Part shown: positions 50,524 to 58,873 of the stretch, piece after piece
Numbering within the stretch: position 1 is the first letter of the stretch
How the letters are laid out: each line of letters starts with the position of its first letter
From: an uncultured delta proteobacterium
GTDB lineage: Bacteria > Desulfobacterota > RBG-13-43-22
Reading direction: 5' to 3'
Length of the DNA stretch: 64,000 nt
Assembly (NCBI GenBank): GCA_963743305.1
Contig: CAVUPH010000018.1
Coordinates: 1 to 64,000 of the forward strand
Program-made: the position numbers and the translations under genes
The notes under the pieces: generated by a model
What the model saw: only the letters and a program-made list of their open reading frames with translations
Database searches by the model: none
Told to the model about the DNA's origin: nothing

Positions 50524-51552
50524 CTACGATGGAAACAGGGTTGTGCCGGCGGACCGCAGGTCGCTGACCGCCCGCTTCACCCGCTCGGCCATGGCCCCTT
50601 CCGCTTCGGACAGATAGGTGCGGGGATCGTAGGCCTTTTTGTTGCCCATTTCGCCGTCCACCTTCAGCACCTCGTGGTAATGCCGAAACATATGGTGCAC
50701 GACCTGCCGGGTGAAGGCGTACTGGGTGTCGGTGTCGACATTCATTTTAACCACGCCGTAGTCAATGGCCTCGTGGATGTCGGCCAGTTCCGAGCCCGAG
50801 CCGCCGTGGAAGACCAGGTAGAAGCGGGCCTCCTCGCCGTACTGTTTGACCACCGCTTCCTGACAGTCCCGCAGGATGGAGGGTTTCAATTTGACTGCCC
50901 CGGGCTTGTATACGCCGTGCACGTTTCCAAAGGTGGCCGCCAGCAGGTAGCGGGCCCCTTTTAAGGCATTGAGGCGTCGGGCGACCTCCAGGGTATCCTC
51001 GGGGGTGGTGTAGAGCTTGGCCGAGGCCTCGGCCTTGATGCCGTCTTCCTCCCCTCCGACCACCCCGGCTTCGATTTCCAGAATCAATTCGTTTTTTTGA
51101 AACCGCTCCAGCAGCTTGATGGAAATATCCAGGTTGTCTTTCAGAGGCAGGGCGCTGCCGTCGAACATGTGGCTGCTGAAGAGGTTGGGCCTTCCGGCGG
51201 CCCGCCGCCGCTCCGTTTCCTCCACCAGCGGAAGGACATAGTGATCCAGCTTGTCCGCCTGGCAGTGGTCGGTGTGCAGGGCCACATAGATCGGATAGCG
51301 TTCAGCCGCCCGGTGAACATGTTCGGCGATGGAGATCGCCCCCAGGACCATGTCCTTGACCGACGACCCGGAGGCGAAGGCGGCGCCCCCGGTGGAAACC
51401 TGGATGATACCGTCGCTTTGGCTTTCCGCCAGCCCTTTCAGGACGGCGTTGGCCGTGGTCAGGGAAGTGACGTTGATGGCCGGGTAGGCGAAGCGCCCCT
51501 CACGGGCACGATCGAGCATTTTACAGTAGGTCTGGTAATCGGCAACCGGCAT
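50524..51552 (-). CDS. fbaA: class II fructose-bisphosphate aldolase
   Basis: LHTDHC, SHMFDGS, FGNVHG, VFHGGSG and YDPR. Confidence 0.93.
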   Translation of the reverse strand: MPVADYQTYCKMLDRAREGRFAYPAINVTSLTTANAVLKGLAESQSDGIIQVSTGGAAFASGSSVKDMVLGAISIAEHVHRAAERYPIYVALHTDHCQADKLDHYVLPLVEETERRRAAGRPNLFSSHMFDGSALPLKDNLDISIKLLERFQKNELILEIEAGVVGGEEDGIKAEASAKLYTTPEDTLEVARRLNALKGARYLLAATFGNVHGVYKPGAVKLKPSILRDCQEAVVKQYGEEARFYLVFHGGSGSELADIHEAIDYGVVKMNVDTDTQYAFTRQVVHHMFRHYHEVLKVDGEMGNKKAYDPRTYLSEAEGAMAERVKRAVSDLRSAGTTLFPS

Positions 51553-53741
51553 GACTTTTCCTTTCTGATGAGGCTAAAAAAGAAATAGCGCTTTCATCTG
51601 GTAAATTCTCTTTATCCCCAAAGGCCATTATCGGGGGTCTGGTGTTCCTTCTGAATCCTTGCGCAATCCGTTCCATCAGGACCACAATCGACCGGGGCTG
51701 CACCGGGTAGGTCGATCCGGAAACAGCCGGGGCGTAGGCCCAAGTGCCGATGTCTTCGGGCGGGTCCAGCGCGGTGTCGATCCAGCGGTGCCAGGCCTTG
51801 CCCTGCAGGTTTTGAACGGGCGGCAGTTCAAAGGTCAGGGGCTCCCAGTAGGCGTTCAACATCATGTGAGTCAAGAGCCGTCCCTGGCGGCTCCAGGCGC
51901 TGAAGGCCAGACTATGAGAATCCGGACCCCAATCAGGCTGGCTGAGCTTGACCCCGTGCCACTGAATCCGGGCCTGTCTGAGGATCTGGCTCAGGGTCAA
52001 CTCCTGGCTGGGGGTGAAGGTGTCCGTGCGCAGGCGGGCCGCGATCAGGCTCTTGACGAAACGGTGCACGTCGGCATGTTCAGCCAGGAGGTCCCAATCA
52101 AACCAACTGATTTCGTTGTCCTGGCAGTAGGCGTTGTTGTTTCCCCCCTGGGTCCGGCGGACCTCGTCGCCCATCAGCAGCATGGGTGCCCCCAGGGACA
52201 GAAGGGTAACGGTCAGAAAGTTCTTTACCTGGCGGTTGCGGATCCTTTCGATTTCCGGGTCGTCCGCTGGGGCCTTCCACCCCGCAGTTCCAACTCAGGT
52301 TGTCGTCGGTGCCGTCGCGGTTCTCTTCGCCGTTGTCCTCGTTGTGTTTGGTGTTGTAGGAGACCAGGTCGTTCAGGGTAAAGCCGTCGTGGCAGGTAAT
52401 GAAATTGATGCTTTGTTCCGGTTCGCGTTCCTGCCCGCCGTAAAGGTCCGGGCTGCCCAGCAGCCGGGAGGCCACCCCGGAAACGGCTGCCGCGGTCGCC
52501 TTTGATAAAGCTCCGCACATCATCCCGGAATTTGCCGTTCCATTCCTTCCAGCTTTCCCCGACAAAGCTGCCCACCTGGTAAAGCCCGGCCGCATCCCAG
52601 GCTTCGGCAATCAGCTTGGTTCCGGCCAGGACCGGGTCGGAATCGATATCCCAGAGGACCGGGGGATTGGCCAGGGGTTGGCCGGTCTTCATCCCGGGAA
52701 AGGATGGCGGCCAGGTCAAAACGGAAGCCGTCCACGTGCATCTCCTTGACCCAGTGGTGCAGACTATCGATGATCATCCGCCGGACGATGGAGTTGCCGG
52801 AATTGAGGGTATTGCCGCACCCGGAATAGTTGGCGTACCGTCCGGTGGCGGCCTCCAGGATGTAGTAGGCCCGGTTTTCAAAACCCCGATAGCAGAGGGT
52901 CGGACCGTCTTCGTGCCCTTCGGTGGTGTGGTTAAAGACCACGTCCAGGATGACCTCGATCCCGGCTCGGTGCAGGGCCTTGACCATATCCCGGAATTCA
53001 TCCAACGGACCGAGGGGGCCTCGGCGGGAGCAGTAACCCCCGTGAGGGGCGAAGAAGCTGACCGGACTGTAGCCCCAGTAATTCTTGAAGCCGGGAGGCG
53101 CGTCCTGTTCATCAAATTCGAAAGACCGGGAGGAGCTCCACGGCGGTGATTCCCAAATCCTGCAGGTAGGGGATTTTTTCGATCAACCCGGCGTAGGTCC
53201 CCCGCTTGTCCACCGCTACACCGGAACTGGGATGACGGGTGAATCCCCGGACGTGCAGTTCATAGATAATGGTATTGGAAAACGGACGCCGGAGTGGGGC
53301 GTCCCCCTCCCAATCGTAAAGGCTCAAATCCGCCACCACGCTTTTCATGGCCGTGGCCGTGTTGTCTCCCGGAAGGCCGGCGGCCAGCCGGCTGTAATGA
53401 GGCGGCGTCACCAAGGCCTTGCCGTAGGGATCCAGCAGAATTTTTTGGCCGTCAAAACGCAGCCCCTTTTCCGGTGCATAGGGGCCGGAGACATGGAAGC
53501 CGTAGATTTGTCCGCAACGCAGGCCGGGGACGAAGACATGCCAGTAAAAATAGGTCCGGTTTTTGTTTGGTTCCAGGAGAATGACCCGGGCCGGTCGGGC
53601 GTCATCGGCCCGGTCGAACAGGAGCAGTTCCACTCCGGAGGCGTTTTTGGAATAGACGCTGAAATTGACGCCTTCCGGGTTGCCAGTGGCTCCGAGGGGG
53701 AAAGCGCTTCCCGGGGGATAGTGATCGCTAGGAGAGTTCAT
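51521..53741 (-). CDS. glgX: glycogen debranching enzyme, split by frameshifts
   Basis: [41 protein letters not shown] and [10 protein letters not shown] across four ORF pieces. Confidence 0.9.
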
Positions 53742-53961
53742 CGGTCCGTTGCCTCCGGTTGGAAGGAAAACCTGCTCAGGCGTGTGAAAAATTGAATTTT
53801 TGTTCCCTAATCCGTGGGGCCAAACCGCCTGAGGATCTGGCTACTCACCCCAAAAGGGTGAAAGGCTTCAATAATACCAGAAATCATATTTCATCTCAAA
53901 GACTAAATGGAGATGAAATTAGTCTCTTGACAAGACTTAATAGGGTCTTTATAAAGTCTAT

Positions 53962-54242
53962 ATGAAGACTCTAACGATCACTGACGCCAAAAAAAATCTC
54001 AGCCGGTGGTTGGTCGCCGCCTCCAGCGGCGAAGACATCGGGATTATCTGCGGGGCGGACGATCATCGCCCTGCGCAAAGTCACGGTGGAATCCACGGAC
54101 TACGCACAGCGCGAATACGGTGCGACGCCCGAACAGGTCGCCGCCTTGGAAAAGGCCACGGGACAGACGCTACCGTAAGCTCAAGCTGCTCCGGAGAATC
54201 TGGTCCGTCACGACCGAACAGTTGGGGAAGTTGATTGGCTAA
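53962..54242 (+). pseudogene. Phd/YefM-like antitoxin, frameshifted
   Basis: MKTLTITDAKKNLSR N-terminus; upstream TTGACA with AGACT..AGTCT operator-like palindromes. Confidence 0.65.
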
Positions 54243-54525
54243 ATCGCTCACCCTCGACCCTACCGTGATACGGCGGCTACGGGAGTCTGCAAGACCGAAA
54301 AGGGTGAGTGCCTGCGGGCGTTATCTGAGCTAACCGAAACTTTCGGTCAACCCCATATTCACAGCGGGTTGGCCATTCGTAAATTAGGGAGCAAGCTCTT
54401 TGAATGTCGTGGTAGCTTGGCGTTGCGTTTTATCTTCCAAGACCGGCCCACCGGTCTTTTCGTCTCCTTTTTGGGCAACCACGACGAAATCACAAGCTTT
54501 GCTTAAAAGTGGTAAGTATCGTTGA
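54235..54525 (+). pseudogene. RelE/ParE-like toxin, frameshifted, not in the ORF track
   Basis: MAKSLTL..., FGQPHIHSGLAIRKLGSKLFECRGSLALRFIF...FLGNHDEI; overlaps the antitoxin end. Confidence 0.6.
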
Positions 54526-54668
54526 ATCTAAATGGTTGATTATCCCCGATTGCCATTATCGGTGACCCAATATTCCCTCTCTGTGCGTCCTGGTAATAAT
54601 CCAACAGAAAAACCTCTGGCTTTGCCGGGGGGCATTCAACTTTTCCCTGAAAATTAAGGTTGGAGGGG

Positions 54669-55715
54669 CTAAGGTTCCAAAAAACATTGCGGGTCTTCCC
54701 CGGTCAGATGGGGACGGCCCCCGGCCCGGGAAAAGGCATAGGCCATGGCCCGGCATCCCCGGCAGGCCGCCCACCGGCGGCAACGGCCGCATTTTCCCTC
54801 GTAACTGTTTCTATCCCTTAGCCGCTCCAGGACCGGGGAGCCGCTCCAAAGTTCACGCAGGGAGTCCCGGCGCACATTTCCGATGGGGACCGGCAACCGG
54901 CGGCAGGGAGTGACCGTGCCGTCGGCCATCAAGGTCAAGCCGGATACCCCGGCCGCGCACCCGCCTTGGGGGAACCCTCCCAGGTCGTTCGGATCAGCGC
55001 CCGACCCCATCTGCCGGTAAAGGGGATCGCCGCTGACCAGTTCCAATCCGTCGGGAGAGAGGGAATGGATTTCCTGATAAAGGTCCCGGACTTGATCCGG
55101 TTTTAACAGCTTGGAAGAGAGCAGGGCACCTTGACCGGCGGGGATCAATCGGGAGAACCCCAGCCGCTGGACTTTTAAGGCCTGGGCCAGGGGAATCATT
55201 TTTAAAAATTGGTCCCGGTTGAGATCGGATAAAGTCGTATTGATGGTCACCGGGATCCCGGCTTCCACTAAGGTTCCGATCCCTTTCAGCGCTTCGGCAA
55301 AACTGCCTTTCCCCCTGAGGGCCTCATGGGTTTCCTCCAGACCTTCCAGACTGATCTGGACTCCCCGAACCGCCAGGCGGCTCAGTCGGCCTGCCCTATC
55401 CCGATCCAGGAGGGTCCCGTTGGTCAGGAGATAAAGGTCAAAACCCCTCCGACTCATTTCTTCGAGAATTAGAAAAAGATCGGAGCGCAGGAATGGCTCT
55501 CCTCCGGTAACATTGATACTGGTCTGGAAGGTCAGGCCATAGATATTTGACCAGTCTGCCAGCATCAGGGTTATCTCGTTCAGGGTTTCTTTGATTTCAG
55601 AGAAAGTTAATTCCTCAAAATGCCCTTTCTCCTGGTAACAGTGGAGACAATGAAGATTGCATTTTTCGGTCAGATGCCATTGAAAAAAGAAATCCAAGGG
55701 ATGGTCGGTTTGCAT
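54669..55715 (-). CDS. radical SAM/SPASM-domain protein, candidate peptide maturase
   Basis: CNLHCLHC, TGGEP and LTNG; SPASM cysteines CAAG..PC..KCGRC..CRGC..DPQC. Confidence 0.9.
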   Translation of the reverse strand: MQTDHPLDFFFQWHLTEKCNLHCLHCYQEKGHFEELTFSEIKETLNEITLMLADWSNIYGLTFQTSINVTGGEPFLRSDLFLILEEMSRRGFDLYLLTNGTLLDRDRAGRLSRLAVRGVQISLEGLEETHEALRGKGSFAEALKGIGTLVEAGIPVTINTTLSDLNRDQFLKMIPLAQALKVQRLGFSRLIPAGQGALLSSKLLKPDQVRDLYQEIHSLSPDGLELVSGDPLYRQMGSGADPNDLGGFPQGGCAAGVSGLTLMADGTVTPCRRLPVPIGNVRRDSLRELWSGSPVLERLRDRNSYEGKCGRCRRWAACRGCRAMAYAFSRAGGRPHLTGEDPQCFLEP

Positions 55716-55745
55716 TGTTCAGGCCCGTTATCCATTTTCGCATTA

Positions 55746-55830
55746 AGCCCAAGGTCCGGGGGCGGGTACCCCAAAGCATGAAAATAATGGAGCAGACATA
55801 AACCTACTTGATTGACGTTAGTAATTAATA
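55746..55830 (+). repeat. dispersed repeat, second copy at about 63574-63655
   Basis: GGGCGGG.ACC.C.AAGCATGAAAATAA.GG.GCAGACATAA.CCTA...TTGAC.TT..TAATTA is shared by both copies. Confidence 0.7.
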
Positions 55831-55901
55831 ATCAATTGTTAATTATTAATTGTTAATGAGTACCTATGTGGAGCCGAGTTTATTTACACACCAAGGAGAA
55901 A

Positions 55902-55955
55902 GGCGGATAGGGAGCAGGTTAGCGATGCTTTTTCCCCGCCTCCTCCCTATCCGCC
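55902..55955 (-). terminator. strong hairpin between the peptide gene and the radical SAM gene (terminator, attenuator or stabiliser)
   Basis: Perfect 13-bp stem GGCGGATAGGGAG/CTCCCTATCCGCC followed by TTTCT on the minus strand. Confidence 0.6.
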
Positions 55956-55964
55956 CGTTGATTC

Positions 55965-55983
55965 CATTGCTGAACCAGCAATG
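55965..55983 (-). promoter_or_regulatory. candidate bacterial SECIS
   Basis: CATTGCTG-GTT-CAGCAATG perfect 8-bp stem; loop G lies 18 nt after UGA 2 and 27 nt after UGA 1. Confidence 0.7.
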
Positions 55984-55984
55984 T

Positions 55985-56107
55985 TTACGATTTTCACCCT
56001 TTTCACTTGTGGCATACTGTTTTGGGACCTTCCTTCGCCGCTGCCTTCATTTTGGCCCAAAAAGCTGCCTCTTTAACCAACCCCTCCGGGTTCATCTTTT
56101 TTTTCAT
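55985..56107 (-). CDS. putative selenocysteine-containing RiPP precursor, 40 aa, C-x2-U-x2-U; not in the ORF track
   Basis: SD AAGGAGGTGA; MKKKMNPEGLVKEAAFWAKMKAAAKEGPKTVCHK-U-KG-U-KS*; TGA codons at 56005-56003 and 55996-55994, TAA at 55987-55985. Confidence 0.75.
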
Positions 56108-56189
56108 CCCTTTTCACCTCCTTTCTTCGGTCAAATCGCCGGTATCGACTTTCGTCTTTATCCGGCATCCGTCCTTCAACCCGCGACCC

Positions 56190-57833
56190 TCAACTTTGCT
56201 CCCCCTTCTCACGGTCCAAATCCATTTGCCGCAGATCCTTGCGCATGATTTTGCCGGTGGCCGTCAGGGGCAGTTCGGCCAGGAATTCGATTTCCCGGGG
56301 GTATTCATGGGCGGCCAGTCGGGTTTTAATAAACTGCTGGATTTCTTCTTTCAGGGCATGCTCGGGAAGTATTCCGGATTTAAGAACGATAAAGGCCTTG
56401 ACGATTTCCCCCCGTACCGCGTCTGGGCTGCCGATGACCCCGGCCAGGGCCACAGCCGGGTGTTTGATCAGGCAATCTTCGATCTCGGCCGGCCCTATCC
56501 GGTACCCGGCGCTGCTGATCAGGTCGTCCTTGCGCCCCACGAACCAGAAATAGCCCTCCTCGTCCTTGCGGGCCAGGTCGCCGGTCAGACTCCAGTCGCC
56601 GATGAACTTGTCTTCCGTGGCCTGGGGGTTGCCCCAGTAGCCCAGAAACATGACCGGGTCGGGCCGCTGGATGGCCACCTCTCCTATTTCTCCCGAGGGC
56701 AGGACCTGTCCTTCTCCATCCACGATCTCCACCCGGTGACCGGGGATGGCCCGACCCATAGAGCCCCGCCGGTTTTCCATGATCTCGGAACAATTGCCCA
56801 CGACCAGGTTTACTTCCGTCTGCCCGTAGAATTCATTGATCGTCAGCCCCATGACCTTGCGGCCCCACTCCAGGAGTTCTTCGCCCAGTGTCTCCCCGCC
56901 GCAGCCGATGGTCCGCATGGCAAAATCGTAACGGTTCCCCGGGTCCGGGACCTGGCGCATGATCTTCAAGGCCGTGGGCGGCATGAAGGCGTTGCGGATA
57001 CCGTATTTGGCGATAAAATGAAAGGCCTGCTCGGGGTCAAACTTTTTTGCCCGAAAGGCGACCACCGGGACCCCGTGGTGCCAGCTCGGCAGCAGGACGT
57101 CGATCAAACCGCCGATCCAGGCCCAGTCGGCCGGTGTCCAATACAGGTCATCTTTTTTGGGAAAAAAATTATGGAAGAACTCCACTCCGGGGACATGGCC
57201 CAGGACTACCCGCTGGGCATGGAGTGCCCCCTTGGGCGGTCCGGTGGTGCCGGAGGTATAGATAATCAAGGCCGGATCGTCGGCCCTGGTCCGCAGCGGG
57301 GTAAAGGAAGGGGATCCCTTTTCCAGGATTTTCCAGAAATCGACCACTCCATCGGGGGGTTCTCCCCGGGTGACGATGAGCGTCTTCAACTCCGGCAAGC
57401 GGTCCTTTATTTCCAGGATCTTGGGGAGATTGTCTTCGTCGGTGATCACCGCCCGGGCGCCGCTGTGACCCAAACGGTATTCCAGGGCCTCGGGTCCGAA
57501 GAGGGTGAAAAGAGGGAGAGCGATCCCCCCGGTTTTATAGATGGCCAGATGGGAGAGGGCCGTCTCCGGGCATTGCGGCAGGAGGATCCCCACCCGTTCC
57601 CCCCGATGCAGGCCGCAGGCCTGCAAGGCGTTGGCCAGGCGGTTGGAGCGCTGTTTGAGGTCCCAAAAGGTATATTTTTCGACCTGCCCCTTATCGTCTT
57701 CGTAGATCAGGGCCAGGCGGTAGCGCTGATCAGCCCACTTGTCGCAGCAATCCACCCCGATATTGTAGAATAGGGGGACTTTCCAGTGGAAGGAGTTATA
57801 GACCTTTTCGTAGGTGTTCCCTTTTTTGAGCAT
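56190..57833 (-). CDS. acyl-CoA synthetase (AMP-forming, AcsA/MACS-like)
   Basis: YTSGTTGPPKG, EFYGQTE, TGDLA and TATGKI. Confidence 0.92.
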   Translation of the reverse strand: MLKKGNTYEKVYNSFHWKVPLFYNIGVDCCDKWADQRYRLALIYEDDKGQVEKYTFWDLKQRSNRLANALQACGLHRGERVGILLPQCPETALSHLAIYKTGGIALPLFTLFGPEALEYRLGHSGARAVITDEDNLPKILEIKDRLPELKTLIVTRGEPPDGVVDFWKILEKGSPSFTPLRTRADDPALIIYTSGTTGPPKGALHAQRVVLGHVPGVEFFHNFFPKKDDLYWTPADWAWIGGLIDVLLPSWHHGVPVVAFRAKKFDPEQAFHFIAKYGIRNAFMPPTALKIMRQVPDPGNRYDFAMRTIGCGGETLGEELLEWGRKVMGLTINEFYGQTEVNLVVGNCSEIMENRRGSMGRAIPGHRVEIVDGEGQVLPSGEIGEVAIQRPDPVMFLGYWGNPQATEDKFIGDWSLTGDLARKDEEGYFWFVGRKDDLISSAGYRIGPAEIEDCLIKHPAVALAGVIGSPDAVRGEIVKAFIVLKSGILPEHALKEEIQQFIKTRLAAHEYPREIEFLAELPLTATGKIMRKDLRQMDLDREKGEQS

Positions 57834-57876
57834 GAAGAGATCCTTCTCAGAAGCGCTGCGGGAATGACGCGCTCAT

Positions 57877-58407
57877 TCATTTTACCAGGTCCGCCTCCAC
57901 CTCCAGGTTAAGGAAGACGTCATTCCCGGCCACCAGGCCGCCGTTTTCCAGGCGGACATTCCACTTTATCCCGAAATCCTGGCGCTTGATCCGGGCAGAG
58001 GCCGAAAAACCTAGGCTGATATCCTCATCAAATGGGCTTTTGACCTGGCCGAGGTATTCCGCATCCATGGTGATCGATCGAGTGACGTCCCGAATGGTTA
58101 GATCGCCGGTCACAATAAAGCCGTTGACGGCGACCGGTTCGATCCGGGTACTTCTAAAGCGAATGAACGGGTATTTATCCACTTCCAAAAAATCAGGGCT
58201 GCACAAGTGCTCGTCCCGCTTCGGGATACCGGTATAGATGGAGGCGGCCTCGATCTCGACTTCCACCGAACCCAGGTCGGGTTTGTCCGGATTGAATTGA
58301 AGGGACCCGGAAATCTTGTTGAACTGGCCGCGAACCAGGGTGATCATGAAGTGCCGGACGGTAAAAGTGGCCACGGTGTGATCAGGGTCAATTTTCCACT
58401 CAGACAT
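57877..58407 (-). CDS. YceI-family protein
   Basis: WKIDPDHT, RDEHL.SPDF and GDLTIRDVTR. Confidence 0.9.
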   Translation of the reverse strand: MSEWKIDPDHTVATFTVRHFMITLVRGQFNKISGSLQFNPDKPDLGSVEVEIEAASIYTGIPKRDEHLCSPDFLEVDKYPFIRFRSTRIEPVAVNGFIVTGDLTIRDVTRSITMDAEYLGQVKSPFDEDISLGFSASARIKRQDFGIKWNVRLENGGLVAGNDVFLNLEVEADLVK

Positions 58408-58525
58408 AGAAACCTCCTTGAAATTCCATTTGCCAACAACTAGAGGAAAGTTTAACATAGTTTAAAAAAAGTTTCTAGTCCAGCGGCTCGACCCTGTTGT
58501 AAAAATATTGATACCATTGATATAG

Positions 58526-58873
58526 GTGGCTTTTATGGGACGCATGAGTTTTGGCCCCGGGAGGCGATCTTCCCGCAGTCCGGTAAAATCCCCGTCCTCG
58601 GAAAAAGACCCGGCGGCTTTTGTCCGGGATTTGAAGAAGTCTCTGCCGGTCCGGGAAAGCTATCGGGACCGCTCTCTGGCTATCCACGGATTGATCTGCG
58701 CCCGCTGCGGACGGGAATTCGAGCCGGCTCAGCGGCAATTGCTCACCGTCCATCACCGGGACGGGAACCATCAGAATAACCCGCCTGACGGCAGCAACTG
58801 GGAAAATCTATGTATCTATTGCCATGAGGATACCCACTCCCGGGAGTTGCTGGGGGAGTATTTAAAAGACTGA
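58526..58873 (+). CDS. YajD-family HNH nuclease
   Basis: CARCGREF, LTVHHRDGNH and NWENLCIYCH. Confidence 0.88.
   Translation: MAFMGRMSFGPGRRSSRSPVKSPSSEKDPAAFVRDLKKSLPVRESYRDRSLAIHGLICARCGREFEPAQRQLLTVHHRDGNHQNNPPDGSNWENLCIYCHEDTHSRELLGEYLKD

Noticed and set aside
55850-56248. 132-aa plus-strand ORF over the peptide locus
   Set aside because: No SD or motif. The minus strand has a strong SD, the Cys/UGA register and a SECIS-like hairpin.
56007-57773. 588-aa plus-strand ORF and other long antisense ORFs (34660-35646, 48298-49233, 49415-50359)
   Set aside because: Shadow frames of well-supported genes in GC-rich DNA, with no recognisable motifs.
58526-58873. HNH nuclease as a sign of a mobile or defence element
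   Set aside because: It looks like the chromosomal YajD family, sits beside an ABC-F gene and has no mobile context.
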